Shown here piece after piece: positions 1 to 9,956 of a stretch of DNA of 64,000 nt. Location: the IMG/VR virus record IMGVR_UViG_3300018080_000148, positions 1 to 64,000 of that record. The stretch is one strand, 5' to 3'. The notes beneath the pieces are model-generated. The model was not told the DNA's origin and ran no database searches. It saw only the letters and a program-made list of their open reading frames with translations. The translations under genes and the position numbers were made by a program. How positions within the stretch are numbered: the first letter of the stretch is position 1; each line of letters begins with the position of its first letter. This DNA is from a virus.

Positions 1-426
1 CGCCGACTCCTTAAGACGAACGCCTTCTTTAGAAGCCACCTTTTTCATGGCCTCCTCAACACGTTCCTTTTCCTCCTCCATCAAGGTGGTATATACATGC
101 CCAGATCGGACACGCTGAAAACCATACTTGGCCGCACTAACCAAGTCCCTATCTGGCTTGTCGGGCAGATTGTCGTAGATATAGAACTTTTGCAGAGACT
201 TAATGAGATCAACACCCGCTTCACTACACCGCTCTTTGAGCGAGTTAGATTCCCAACGCTGCCACAAAAGAAATAAGCAGTCTATTCCTTTACGTATGTC
301 CTGATCCGCAGTAGACAGCCTCCCAGGATTGCGAGGGAATCTAGGTCGTATGTGCTTCAGCACCTCCAGAGTTTTTTCGTCGATCTTTTTAATGCGATCA
401 ACGGGACTTTCCCCCTGTATAGCCAT
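1..426 (-). CDS. Hypothetical protein, partial (runs off the window start)
   Basis: ATG at 426 preceded by AGGAGG; open frame MAIQGESPVDRIKKID... continues to position 1. Confidence 0.6.
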   Translation of the reverse strand, partial: MAIQGESPVDRIKKIDEKTLEVLKHIRPRFPRNPGRLSTADQDIRKGIDCLFLLWQRWESNSLKERCSEAGVDLIKSLQKFYIYDNLPDKPDRDLVSAAKYGFQRVRSGHVYTTLMEEEKERVEEAMKKVASKEGVRLKESA

Positions 427-440
427 TTCCTCCTGTATGG

Positions 441-1211
441 TCACGCTATCAAGTCCTTCATCTTGATGTCTCGGGGAACCCAGGTTTTCGGCCTGTCTGG
501 ATCTTCCCCGTCCTTATATGGAAGATAACTGTATGGCTCAAGAAAGTCCAGTGGAATGTAAGGGATTAACTTCCCATACGTCCCACGACGGTCGCTGCGG
601 TCGATACGGAACCAGATCTCTGCACCCTTCATCGTTGGGCTTTGATAGACGACGCACGCACCACCTCGGGAAGCGCCTGCTCTGCGGAACCAAGAAGAGA
701 TGGTTTTGGTGCTAATCAACGGCTCCATGTAGAGCGAACCATTCTTGGCCTTGAAGAACTTCACCTTCTTCTCATCACCAAGCCAAGTCTGGAAGAGTTT
801 GACCGCCTTTTCTTTAAGACGAATGCTGGAAACGAAGGCCAGCCCCTCACACAGGCCGAAGACTGTACACGAGGACTTGCCCTCGAAGTCCCGGCCAGCC
901 GCCCATTCGTAAGAAGTGTCGAAAACATCCTGCCCCAAAGGAAAGATGAGACACGTTTCCATGAATGGGTCTTGGAACCGTGGGTTGGGACGCTCCTTGA
1001 ACTGGATGAGAACTGTACCTTTCTTGTGCATCCACAACCAGTCGATCTTGTTTGACATGTCCTCATTAGCATCGGCGCTAACAAAACACTCTTTATCAAT
1101 ATCGGAAACCACCTCCACGAGGAAACGTCTACGTCGATTCTGAACTTTCGTTCCGGCGTCTACTCGTTTTTGTTCATTGGTCTCCTTGTGCAACTCTTTC
1201 ATATCTGGCAT
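441..1211 (-). CDS. Hypothetical protein, possible PD-(D/E)xK nuclease fold
   Basis: 256 aa ORF with GGAG RBS; EDM..KID...IQFK resembles a PD-(D/E)xK active-site pattern (weak). Confidence 0.45.
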   Translation of the reverse strand: MPDMKELHKETNEQKRVDAGTKVQNRRRRFLVEVVSDIDKECFVSADANEDMSNKIDWLWMHKKGTVLIQFKERPNPRFQDPFMETCLIFPLGQDVFDTSYEWAAGRDFEGKSSCTVFGLCEGLAFVSSIRLKEKAVKLFQTWLGDEKKVKFFKAKNGSLYMEPLISTKTISSWFRRAGASRGGACVVYQSPTMKGAEIWFRIDRSDRRGTYGKLIPYIPLDFLEPYSYLPYKDGEDPDRPKTWVPRDIKMKDLIA

Positions 1212-1228
1212 GAAAATCTCCCATACTG

Positions 1229-2089
1229 TTATACTGCCACTGGTATTTCTATCGGCGGCAGGGGGTTATAATTCACAATTTTAAAATCCTCAGTCTTGTA
1301 GGATTCAATATCATCTGCCTTATTAAGTTGCAGTTGCGGGGAATCAGGCTTCGGTCTGGAGAGGTATTCCTCAACAGCCGGAATCTGATCTTCATAGATG
1401 TGACTGTCTACAGTCGAGTGGACGAACTCATACGGTTCGTAGCCGCACTGTTGGGCGAGCATGTAAATGAATGCCGAATAGAACTGAATGTTGGCAGGCA
1501 CGCCCACGGGGAAATCACAACTGCGTTGAGTTAACATACCCGATAACATACCATCATCAACAAAACATTGAAAGGTGTAATGGCAAGGCGGCAGTTTCAT
1601 GTTATCAAGTTCGGCTGGGTTCCAAAGAGAGAAGAGGATTCGCCGATCATCTGGTTTATTCTTCAGTCGGTCCATCATGTAGGCCAACTGATCGAAGCCA
1701 CCACGACCATACTCGGGCGAGTCGGGATCACCGTTGCCAAACTCGCCGCCAAAGTGACGCAAATTGAAACCGTAAACCTTCCCAAAAGAGTCGGGGACAA
1801 AACCACGGGCTGCGGCCCACTCTTCGTCCACCCACGGCGTCCAAAACTTGCAGCCATTCGCAATGAAGTCGGCATTTCTTGTCCTGCCGGAAACGAATGT
1901 TGTCAGTTCTCCAAACACCGCCTTGGGCCACAACTTGCGGCGAGTTGTCATTGGAAACGCCTGATCGATTCGATAACGAGATTGAATTCCAAATTTCGCT
2001 ATCGTCCTCACGCCCGTCCGGTTCGTCTTCCAAACCCCCTCTTTCAGAATCCGTTCCAATGCGTCGTCATACGGGTCCATCACGTACAT
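1229..2089 (-). CDS. thyA: Thymidylate synthase
   Basis: NRTG, DDRRILFSLWNP, LPPCH (catalytic Cys), QRSCD, GVPANI, HIYEDQI and C-terminal IPVAV motifs. Confidence 0.97.
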   Translation of the reverse strand: MYVMDPYDDALERILKEGVWKTNRTGVRTIAKFGIQSRYRIDQAFPMTTRRKLWPKAVFGELTTFVSGRTRNADFIANGCKFWTPWVDEEWAAARGFVPDSFGKVYGFNLRHFGGEFGNGDPDSPEYGRGGFDQLAYMMDRLKNKPDDRRILFSLWNPAELDNMKLPPCHYTFQCFVDDGMLSGMLTQRSCDFPVGVPANIQFYSAFIYMLAQQCGYEPYEFVHSTVDSHIYEDQIPAVEEYLSRPKPDSPQLQLNKADDIESYKTEDFKIVNYNPLPPIEIPVAV

Positions 2090-2158
2090 GTAAGATCTCC
2101 TTTGGTGAAAAAGTTTCGTCGCATTATACTTTAAGAAAGAGATTCACGGAACGCCAAT

Positions 2159-3118
2159 ATGCTAGTACCCACCAAACAAGAATACCCACTTCACGAGCAC
2201 ATGATCGCCGGGCTCGTGGAATCCGAAGAAAAAACACTGCTGAAAGACAAGGCCACTGCTATCATTGCCACATGTCAGGCAGATCTCAAATATCTCATGT
2301 GGTCTCTCTTCTCTCTATTCTTGAGGACCGACCGCACCTTCATGGAACATGCTATTGTTGTCATCAACGGCCCAGACAAAAGAACTGGAGACCCTAGCTT
2401 GCAGGACAAGAAAGAAAAGTTCCTGCATGAATTCAGAGATGAGTGTGACATGCCCATCACGGTCACCCGAACCTGGAGCCGAATAGGGCACTGCCAAGCT
2501 ATCGAATCCGCCATACCATGGGTTCACACCGAATACTACCTGTTGATGCACGACGACATCATTGTCGATGATGAAAAATGGCCCGCACAGTTGCAAGAGA
2601 AGGGGTTTCTCCAAGATCCTATGCGAGCCGTAATAGCGGCACCACCACTGCTTCTGAATACTATCAACCGCACAAAATACAATGGGAAAAACAAAGTCGG
2701 CCTGCCCCACATCAATACGGCCTTCGCCCTGGTGAGAAAAGCAGCAGTCGTAGACAGTGGGGCCAAGTGGTATGGCTATCACATCCCTAAGAAATTCACT
2801 TACGACCACTCCCTTGCCGAATTCATGAAATACCACGGAGACAGCGGACATTTTGGCCATTCGCCGCCCAAGCTAGGAGAGGAATACGAGTACATCAATA
2901 CAGATGTGGGTGCCTGGGTTTACTACAATTTGCGTGAGCGTGGATACAGGTTCCACTACTTTGGCCGAGGCACCGTCTTTCATTTCGGTGCTGCTAGTTG
3001 GGATTTTCAGAACACTCGCCAGAGATTAACCGTGGGACAACACTACATTAAAGAACTAGAAGAAAAAATCAAAGAAGCTGGACACCAAAAATTGTACGAA
3101 AGGCACCTCAATGGATGA
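2159..3118 (+). CDS. Glycosyltransferase family 2-like (GT-A fold)
   Basis: IVVING...IGHCQAI...YYLLMHDD pattern typical of GT2. Confidence 0.7.
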   Translation: MLVPTKQEYPLHEHMIAGLVESEEKTLLKDKATAIIATCQADLKYLMWSLFSLFLRTDRTFMEHAIVVINGPDKRTGDPSLQDKKEKFLHEFRDECDMPITVTRTWSRIGHCQAIESAIPWVHTEYYLLMHDDIIVDDEKWPAQLQEKGFLQDPMRAVIAAPPLLLNTINRTKYNGKNKVGLPHINTAFALVRKAAVVDSGAKWYGYHIPKKFTYDHSLAEFMKYHGDSGHFGHSPPKLGEEYEYINTDVGAWVYYNLRERGYRFHYFGRGTVFHFGAASWDFQNTRQRLTVGQHYIKELEEKIKEAGHQKLYERHLNG

Positions 3119-4247
3119 CATCGCTTTCTTAATAAAAACGATAGACCGCCCCAAAATGCTCCACAGAATCCTAACATCCATTAGGAAATTCTACCCGGAA
3201 GTGCTTGTCATTGTGGGAGATGATAGCGAAGAGCCATACCCGGAGGTGTCAGCGCAATTCGAAAACGTAGTTCACCTTGAACTGCCACCAGACATAGGGT
3301 GCTCCGCAGGAAGGAACCGACTGCTTGAAGCAGCCCTGGATCGTGAAAAACCACTGTTCGCCTTATTCGACGACGATAATGTTGTATCTCGATGCACCCA
3401 AATTGAACTCATGCGGGTTAACCTACTGGAACACCCTGTTGATCTAGTAGCTGGCTTCTTTTACAAATCGTACCCCAAAGGCGTGATAGAAGCCTACGAG
3501 GGATTCTTTGCATGGGACGAACACCATGCACACCTGAGACTGTCAAAACCAAAAGGGATAGGTGATGCCAAACTGAGACACTGCCTCATCGAAGTGGACT
3601 GCACCCAACAGTTCTTTGTAGCAAACACCCAGGACATCCTAGACATGGGAGGATGGAGCGAAAAATACAAAACAAAAGAACATGAGGATTTCTTCTTGAA
3701 GCTACGAAAAAGCGGAAGGCGTGCCGCCATATGTCCATGGTCAGGCGTATTACACAGAAGAGAACATGCAGTGCATGGCCGGGATGAAGAGTATGAGGGC
3801 ATCCTAAACATCAAGAATGAAATAGAAGACAGGAAAAAACTGTACGAAAGCCGAAGAGGGCGAGGCTCCTACAGAAACATGTGGAAAAAAGATTGGGGTG
3901 CAGAAAAGTTCTCTGTAAGAGGCACGCCTTATTCAGCCGAAGACTACGTAAGAAGAGTGTTGACTAAACACAAAATCAACTTCCGCTCTGGATCGGCTAA
4001 AATGCCTTTCGTCAGTTTAGACGCCGAAACATTGGACGAAGATAGAAGACCACCCCTACAAATCAATCCAGTGCCTTTGATTTTTGTTCCGAAAGATCAG
4101 GAGGCAATAAACGAGAGCGTATCGCCATCAGAAAGTGATATGCACAAACCCTTGGGTTCAATCGTTCCTCCAGAAAATCCCGATTTCTCTGACGGTGCTC
4201 TCTGTAGTCCTCCCAATTCCCCAAAACGGAATCTACTTTTAGTTTAA
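3111..4247 (+). CDS. Glycosyltransferase family 2 protein
   Basis: IKTIDRP, VIVGDDS, GCSAGRNRLL, ALFDDD and EHEDFF motifs; the 3' end overlaps the convergent gene by 185 bp. Confidence 0.85.
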   Translation: MDDIAFLIKTIDRPKMLHRILTSIRKFYPEVLVIVGDDSEEPYPEVSAQFENVVHLELPPDIGCSAGRNRLLEAALDREKPLFALFDDDNVVSRCTQIELMRVNLLEHPVDLVAGFFYKSYPKGVIEAYEGFFAWDEHHAHLRLSKPKGIGDAKLRHCLIEVDCTQQFFVANTQDILDMGGWSEKYKTKEHEDFFLKLRKSGRRAAICPWSGVLHRREHAVHGRDEEYEGILNIKNEIEDRKKLYESRRGRGSYRNMWKKDWGAEKFSVRGTPYSAEDYVRRVLTKHKINFRSGSAKMPFVSLDAETLDEDRRPPLQINPVPLIFVPKDQEAINESVSPSESDMHKPLGSIVPPENPDFSDGALCSPPNSPKRNLLLV

Positions 4248-5892
4248 GGTCCGAAAAATCTGGTCGGCATTTTACGTAATGCCCCTCCTGATATATGTCT
4301 GGCCATGTTTCGCAAAAATCGGTATCTGGCTTAATCAACACGCAGCCTGCGTACAACGCCTCAAAATCACGAATACACGACTCGCTATTGCCCCAAGGCG
4401 ACACACAGATTTTAGAATCCATCAAGGACTGCATGTATTCTGGAGTTTTCATTTTGCCATCTTCCGGGGCCGAGAAGTATTTCTTGAACTCCTGGTTGGG
4501 TAACCAATAGGTGCGCACATAACTCTTACACGACAACTCGTTGATGGCATCCAGAGCTTTTTGTCGGTGGGCTGGAACCAAGATGTCCTTGTGCCCCATA
4601 GACCCAACAAAGTTTATGTCATACTTTCGCCCCAACTCATAATGTACATCACCAACCGTACTGATTGCCGAACGAAACCTGCGCAGCATGAACATGGAAG
4701 AGAAGATGGGGATTAGCTTAGAAGTGTCGCAGACAATCTTCTTCTCCGAAAACCCAGCCAGCTTTTTCCATGGCCCATCCAATCCCTGGTAGATGCATTT
4801 TTTATGCCACGTTTGATCGGTGACATACCAACTACGATCTCTGTAAAGGTGGTAACACAACACGCCAGCCACAGAAGGATGTAGACTCAATTCGGCGGCG
4901 GCTCCCCCAAAGCACGTATCCTCCTTCCTCAAGTCAAAAACGAAAACGGGCTTGCCAAAATCCAACACTCCCGGATTGCGTCTAACTTCGTGAACATCCG
5001 TCAACAAAACATGAGCGTCTTCATGTTCCCCGAAAACAAAATCCGCCAGATTGTCAAAACCCGACATATTGTCTGACAATTCCCCCGGAAGCTTGTCGTC
5101 TCTAAAAAAACACCCAATCCTCCACATGCCATTATCTGGAGAACTAGGATTCGCATAAGATGGGCCCGACATCACAAGCTCTTGAAAATTCTTGGTAAGA
5201 ACACACTGACCCCACGGCCCACCTTGATTCACATAGAGAACATTGTTGCTGGAATTTTGGTTGTAGCGCCCTCTATTTATGGACGCACTTTTTCTTCGAT
5301 GGAGTTTTTGGTGCTTATCTCTCAACTCGGGACTGTGCTTTAAGAAATGAGTATAACCTCTACTGAATCTTTCTATTTTATACCCCAACCTTTTAGCTCT
5401 AGCGATGAAATCATTGTCCTCATAGCCCCAGCCATTGAAGCTTTCGTCATATCCACCCAGAAGCTCGAAATCCTTCTTGTAACAAACAATTTTACCCGAC
5501 GCTTGATCGTTACCGCCCTCAATTACACATGGCTCGTCTTGTTCCTGAAGCAACTCGTAAACATGCCAAGCGAAACCCTCGCCAGCATAATTGTCGGCAT
5601 CCATGTTGCAAAGAATGTCGCCCGTGGCCAAGCAGTGGGCAATGTTTTTACAACGACTCATGTGAAAATATTGGAAATAGTCATTGCGATAATACACAAG
5701 CTTGCCCGAGCGGATATGCTCCATCATCTCACTGGCAACCCAGTCTACGAGACCATCGGTGGAATTGAAATCCACCAACACAAATTCGAGATCTGGATAA
5801 TCTGCATTATCTGCAATGTTGCGTGGCAACGTTTTTCGCAAATGAACCAGCCGATTCATGCAAGTAGTACAGAATGAGACTTTCGCCACCAT
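4063..5892 (-). CDS. Two-domain glycosyltransferase (N-terminal GT2/GT7-like, C-terminal GT-B-like)
   Basis: SFCTTCMNR, LVDFNSTDG, NMDAD and GGYDESFNGWGYEDNDF at the N-terminus; SKICVSPWG...RDFEALYAGCVLIKP at the C-terminus. Confidence 0.85.
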   Translation of the reverse strand: MVAKVSFCTTCMNRLVHLRKTLPRNIADNADYPDLEFVLVDFNSTDGLVDWVASEMMEHIRSGKLVYYRNDYFQYFHMSRCKNIAHCLATGDILCNMDADNYAGEGFAWHVYELLQEQDEPCVIEGGNDQASGKIVCYKKDFELLGGYDESFNGWGYEDNDFIARAKRLGYKIERFSRGYTHFLKHSPELRDKHQKLHRRKSASINRGRYNQNSSNNVLYVNQGGPWGQCVLTKNFQELVMSGPSYANPSSPDNGMWRIGCFFRDDKLPGELSDNMSGFDNLADFVFGEHEDAHVLLTDVHEVRRNPGVLDFGKPVFVFDLRKEDTCFGGAAAELSLHPSVAGVLCYHLYRDRSWYVTDQTWHKKCIYQGLDGPWKKLAGFSEKKIVCDTSKLIPIFSSMFMLRRFRSAISTVGDVHYELGRKYDINFVGSMGHKDILVPAHRQKALDAINELSCKSYVRTYWLPNQEFKKYFSAPEDGKMKTPEYMQSLMDSKICVSPWGNSESCIRDFEALYAGCVLIKPDTDFCETWPDIYQEGHYVKCRPDFSDLKLKVDSVLGNWEDYREHRQRNRDFLEERLNPRVCAYHFLMAIRSRLLPPDLSEQKSKALD

Positions 5893-6782
5893 CGCAACCT
5901 CCCTTCGTCGTCTTTATCAAACTCTAAAGCTCTTTCTTCCTGCTCAAGGGTGGTTGGATGCATAAACACCTCCCGCTCATCAGTGCAACAGTCCTTGCAC
6001 CGTGGCGGTTGCAAGTCACTGGCGGATCGCTTAACCCGTCCACACTCACCACAGATGTACAACCTGCGCCAAAACAATCCCAACCGACCCTTTCCATTGC
6101 CCATCGCTTTGGCAAAACCAGGAAGCCTCTTGCTATTCCAATACTCGTGATACTCGGGAACCTCTCTGCGAGAATGCCAAATTTTCAGCGGGCCGTGAAT
6201 CCACAGAGTTTTACCAAATTGCCCTCTAAAATTCCATGTGTGAGGAAGGCAAAAAGGATTGAACCTCTCACGATAGATGGCCGCACAAAATGGCGGCTGA
6301 TCGTTGCTGGCACCCGTTTCTGCACATATTACCTTCCACCTGTCGAAGAGCTTCTTCACACGGTCGTCCTTCTTGAAAAAGACAACCCCGCTATTGTAAT
6401 AGATCATGTTGCGATCTATCTCTTTCCCATTAGCCCACAAGTGAAATGTGGGCGCATAAGCAACAGCCAAACCATGTGCCTCGACCATCTCCCATGCGAA
6501 ACTCAAATCCTGATCCAAGATAACCGTGTCGTCATCGAGGAAGAGAGTTTCGTCGTAAGGAGAGTAATCGTACATCAAAGACTTGCGAGACAGATTCTTC
6601 AGGTCTGATGGGAAATCAATCCTCACCACGTCGTCGAACGTTCCGGGTTCCACATTGGTGGTCTGGTCTGTCAGCAGGGTGGTGTGCAGACCACACCCCT
6701 TCGCCGAAGCAAGCGAGCGATAAGCCAACTCCCCGCTGACGTGGGCGTCTCCCCAGATCACATAAATGACACCTCGACTCAT
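5856..6782 (-). CDS. Nucleotide-diphospho-sugar transferase (GT8/GT77-like)
   Basis: Start MSRGVIYV overlaps the upstream stop (ATGA); SPYDETLFLDDDT, YNSGVVFF, DQPPF and LPHTWN motifs. Confidence 0.8.
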   Translation of the reverse strand: MSRGVIYVIWGDAHVSGELAYRSLASAKGCGLHTTLLTDQTTNVEPGTFDDVVRIDFPSDLKNLSRKSLMYDYSPYDETLFLDDDTVILDQDLSFAWEMVEAHGLAVAYAPTFHLWANGKEIDRNMIYYNSGVVFFKKDDRVKKLFDRWKVICAETGASNDQPPFCAAIYRERFNPFCLPHTWNFRGQFGKTLWIHGPLKIWHSRREVPEYHEYWNSKRLPGFAKAMGNGKGRLGLFWRRLYICGECGRVKRSASDLQPPRCKDCCTDEREVFMHPTTLEQEERALEFDKDDEGRLRWWRKSHSVLLA

Positions 6783-7576
6783 GCGTATCTCCTGAGTTTT
6801 TGATCCATGTCGCCCGCCACATTCAGGATTGCTCCAATTTCCCCCTGAGACAGGACATCTCTCCATTTATCCACCGAAGTCAAATCAATAGGACGAGCAG
6901 AGTCCGTGCCGCCCATCGCCCAACCATTCTTTCCCGTTTCGTCATGCTTCTTCTTATGATGCTCCAACAACTGGTCGCTCCATGAGAGCCGCATCATTTC
7001 CATGACCTTTCTCAAGGTGGGGGCTGGGTCATGCACGAAGCTATTGTAGTAAACCGGCAAAGCCTCCATCTGAAAAAATGCACCGGTCTTGTACTGCCAA
7101 TAAACAGCAGCACGAATCACATCCTCGTGGGGATGCCCCTTAGCCCTCTCCAACACCTCGCCGTAATTCCTTTGCAGGCCACGAGCTTGATCCTTCAACC
7201 AATCATTCAATCGGCTGACGATCTCTCGCTGCATCCAAGCCCCCTTGACTTTGCTTTTGTCGGAAACTTTCTTCATGGATGCAACAACCGAAAGAACGTC
7301 CCGCAACATGAAGACTACATTATCCTGGGGACGCAGGTGTTGACGAATGCAATCGTATTCAACAAACAACTCAGTCCATATTGGCAATTGGAATCCAACC
7401 GCACGAATTTCCTGGGGGAAATCATCCCATGGTCGATTGCCCTCCAAGACCCCATAGCCCTTGATCTCCCCATAGCAATGAATGTTGGGATGGCTATTCA
7501 GAACCAACCTCATCAGCGTCGTGCCACTCCTCTGACAACCAAGGACAAACACCCTGGGCAATTCTTCTGGCTTCAT
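6779..7576 (-). CDS. Sulfotransferase family protein
   Basis: 5'-PSB motif FVLGCQRSGTTLM, 3'-PB RD...VAS, SVDKWR. Confidence 0.88.
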   Translation of the reverse strand: MKPEELPRVFVLGCQRSGTTLMRLVLNSHPNIHCYGEIKGYGVLEGNRPWDDFPQEIRAVGFQLPIWTELFVEYDCIRQHLRPQDNVVFMLRDVLSVVASMKKVSDKSKVKGAWMQREIVSRLNDWLKDQARGLQRNYGEVLERAKGHPHEDVIRAAVYWQYKTGAFFQMEALPVYYNSFVHDPAPTLRKVMEMMRLSWSDQLLEHHKKKHDETGKNGWAMGGTDSARPIDLTSVDKWRDVLSQGEIGAILNVAGDMDQKLRRYA

Positions 7577-9177
7577 TTACTGAAAATCCTATTTATCTCT
7601 TTTATCTCTGGACTGTCGGGAGTTATCACCCTGCCGTGCTTGGCCTCTGCGATCATCGACTCCACCAAATCTATCGCCTCCACCTTATCCTTTTTACCCA
7701 CCCAAAATGGATACGGCATCCGCTCCATATCCTTCCCCTGAATGTTCTGGGTGTGGTTGATGTAGCTCTTCAGAAGCCTTGTGGCTAAATCAGAGACTCC
7801 CCATCCTATAATGAAGTATAACTCGTCTTCATTCACGCCATCTTTCAGGAACCCGCACGGTGCTCCACTGTCTAGGACATAACCTTCCGGCAAGTACCTC
7901 ATCTTAATCCGACTGGCCACCAAGTTCCATGTCAATCCCATGCGCCCGAAATAGGGAAGTCCGCCAATGCCATGTAAATACCAATTGCCGTTCTTTTTAA
8001 AAAGCTTAACGGCCTCTCCATCATTTTTCCAGTAAATTGCATAACGAGCGGGAGCATAGATAATTTCCTTGGTCGCTTTGTTGTAAGGTTTGTAGCCCGA
8101 GTGGTCCTTCAATACCCTGGGCTTCTCCAGAGGGGTGATCCGCACATTCCTGCGTGTCTTACCCTCTAGCTCTTGCCGCCGAACTTCTTCTTCCTTCTTA
8201 GGCGACAACTTGTTCAACCGAGCCCGTGCCTTTTCCCCCTCCAGAGTAATAGGGTCATCAAAGAACTCAAACTCATGAGTCTCTTCTATCTTACCATCCT
8301 TAATCTCCCGGACAAAATACTCGTTTTTGCCCGTTGTCATGCCACCCGTGCAAACAATGTAATCCCCCAACTTTGGCCCCTCAAAATAACGAGCATCTTC
8401 CTTCGTGATCGTCCAAGAAAAATTGCCCGTCATCTCCATGTGCTTTCGCAAAACCGGCTGGCCATCTAAAAGCATTTCGTGCGTTCCAAAGCCCTTGCAG
8501 CCCCGAACAACCACCATGGGATAATCAGTTTCCTCTGAGAAGTATTTCAGACGGTCTACCGCCACTCGGCCATGGTCCATCAAATACCTCCTCAAACCAT
8601 CCATGGTTTTAATGGTTAGGAAACTGTCGCTACAAATGAAGGCATACGCCCCCAGGAAGCGCAGGTGATCCATCGTCTTGAGAACAAACCAGGAATAACT
8701 CTCCTTTTTGATCTTGCGGCCATCTCGCTTGCCGTAGATCTTCTCCCACTTGTCCTGGTGTTCTAGATCAATGGTGGCACCAAACGGAGGATTGCCCGTT
8801 GCGAAATCAAACTCCAGATCGAAGTTCTGATGAAAAAAGTCCCCATAGAGGAGATTGGTTTTCTTCGGACAGCAACCATACCTGTATGCAATAGCCCTTC
8901 TCAATCCTTGGTAAAGGCCAGCATCTATCTCGACCGCCCATATGTTGTTGTTAAGAATGTGGTCTAGTCGAGATTCCATGTTTCCATCTTTGTGCATCTC
9001 CAAAAATCTGTCGATCAATGGAATGACAAAGGAACCATTGCCGCACCCCGGCTCTAAAACCGTACTGCTGGGATGCAGTGGTAAAGAAGACACAATCTTT
9101 GCAGCAGTCTCCACGGGCGTCAAGAACTGCCCAAGCTGTGACTTCTTGTCTCTTTCGTGCTTACGTATTCTTTTCAT
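7573..9177 (-). CDS. N6-adenine DNA methyltransferase (TaqI/Eco57I-like gamma class)
   Basis: LGQFLTP, VLEPGCGNGSF (SAM binding) and GNPPF catalytic motif; no cognate nuclease nearby. Confidence 0.88.
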   Translation of the reverse strand: MKRIRKHERDKKSQLGQFLTPVETAAKIVSSLPLHPSSTVLEPGCGNGSFVIPLIDRFLEMHKDGNMESRLDHILNNNIWAVEIDAGLYQGLRRAIAYRYGCCPKKTNLLYGDFFHQNFDLEFDFATGNPPFGATIDLEHQDKWEKIYGKRDGRKIKKESYSWFVLKTMDHLRFLGAYAFICSDSFLTIKTMDGLRRYLMDHGRVAVDRLKYFSEETDYPMVVVRGCKGFGTHEMLLDGQPVLRKHMEMTGNFSWTITKEDARYFEGPKLGDYIVCTGGMTTGKNEYFVREIKDGKIEETHEFEFFDDPITLEGEKARARLNKLSPKKEEEVRRQELEGKTRRNVRITPLEKPRVLKDHSGYKPYNKATKEIIYAPARYAIYWKNDGEAVKLFKKNGNWYLHGIGGLPYFGRMGLTWNLVASRIKMRYLPEGYVLDSGAPCGFLKDGVNEDELYFIIGWGVSDLATRLLKSYINHTQNIQGKDMERMPYPFWVGKKDKVEAIDLVESMIAEAKHGRVITPDSPEIKEINRIFSK

Positions 9178-9188
9178 TCATTCAAAAC

Positions 9189-9222
9189 GAGTAACCCGCC
9201 GCACAAAGGCGGCGGGTTACTC
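9189..9222 (-). terminator. Intrinsic terminator hairpin
   Basis: 14-bp perfect stem GAGTAACCCGCCGC/GCGGCGGGTTACTC followed by TTTT on the minus strand. Confidence 0.7.
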
Positions 9223-9230
9223 TCTTCTCA

Positions 9231-9445
9231 TGGTTTTTCAGACGGCTTTGGGGAGTCGAACCCCGGTGGCCCTTACCAAGCCGTTTGGGCGAATTCATTG
9301 GGCATTAGCTTTGATCCTTACTGGCAACGGCAATTTATCTGTCTTTCGGGCAAGCCCTAATCGTTTTCAACAGGTGTCACCTAAAGGAACTAAATCCCAC
9401 TTGGCTTCGCCAAACCACCAGCGGGGTGACGCTGAGTTGGGCATT
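9231..9445 (-). ncRNA. Candidate structured ncRNA ending in a tRNA-like (acceptor + T-arm) module
   Basis: Minus strand ACGGCUU-GGU(AAGGGCC)ACC-GGGG(UUCGACU)CCCC-A-AAGCCGU; intergenic, with an AT-rich promoter-like region upstream and a terminator downstream. Confidence 0.5.
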
Positions 9446-9566
9446 TTTAATTCTAACATTAAATAAAAAATCTTACATGTTACATCAGAAACTTCAAGTG
9501 ATACCGGTACATTTCATGCCCTTTCATTTTTCCATTTCCATAATATAGCGTATTCAATGGAGAAAA

Positions 9567-9956
9567 TCAACCTCCAAGAAACGCTCTCATCATGCAGCGA
9601 GGACACATGCCGCCAACAATGTTGCCTTCATCATCGTACTTGGCAAATCGCATATGCTTCAACCTCGATGGCCTATTACATGTAGGACAGTGTAATGTAC
9701 CTTTAGGGCCTCTGTCAACATCATCTGCGGGGAAAACAAGCTTTAATGGCGGGAGCCTGTCCAGCTTTCTTGCTGGAAGGGCTTCTCTAAGCTTCTTCTT
9801 TTTCTTCCTTTTCTTGAAGAAGGGATCTTCACCGCTATCGACAACCGGGCCAACACTCATGCGGCGGACCATAGGAATGGATGGACGAGCAAACGTGGCC
9901 ACACAATTAGTGCCCGTAGCATTTTCTTGTATCTTTAACCATTCTGCAAAATTCAT
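9567..9956 (-). CDS. Hypothetical protein with F-x-E-W-L N-terminus and CxxC...CxxC
   Basis: Starts MNFAEWLKIQE; translationally coupled to the upstream ORF (TAATG). Confidence 0.65.
   Translation of the reverse strand: MNFAEWLKIQENATGTNCVATFARPSIPMVRRMSVGPVVDSGEDPFFKKRKKKKKLREALPARKLDRLPPLKLVFPADDVDRGPKGTLHCPTCNRPSRLKHMRFAKYDDEGNIVGGMCPRCMMRAFLGG

Noticed and set aside
1229-2089. dUMP/dCMP hydroxymethylase or intron-split thyA
   Set aside because: The ORF is continuous with canonical ThyA motifs, including the dUMP-specifying Asn (GVPANI).
7573-9177. Complete restriction-modification system
   Set aside because: No adjacent restriction endonuclease; best read as an orphan protective methyltransferase.
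9231-9445. tmRNA
   Set aside because: A T-arm is present, but there is no GGGG...UCGA 5' end, no G3-U70 acceptor ending in CCA, and the only tag-like frame (AVASKDQS*) lacks an Ala-Ala type end.
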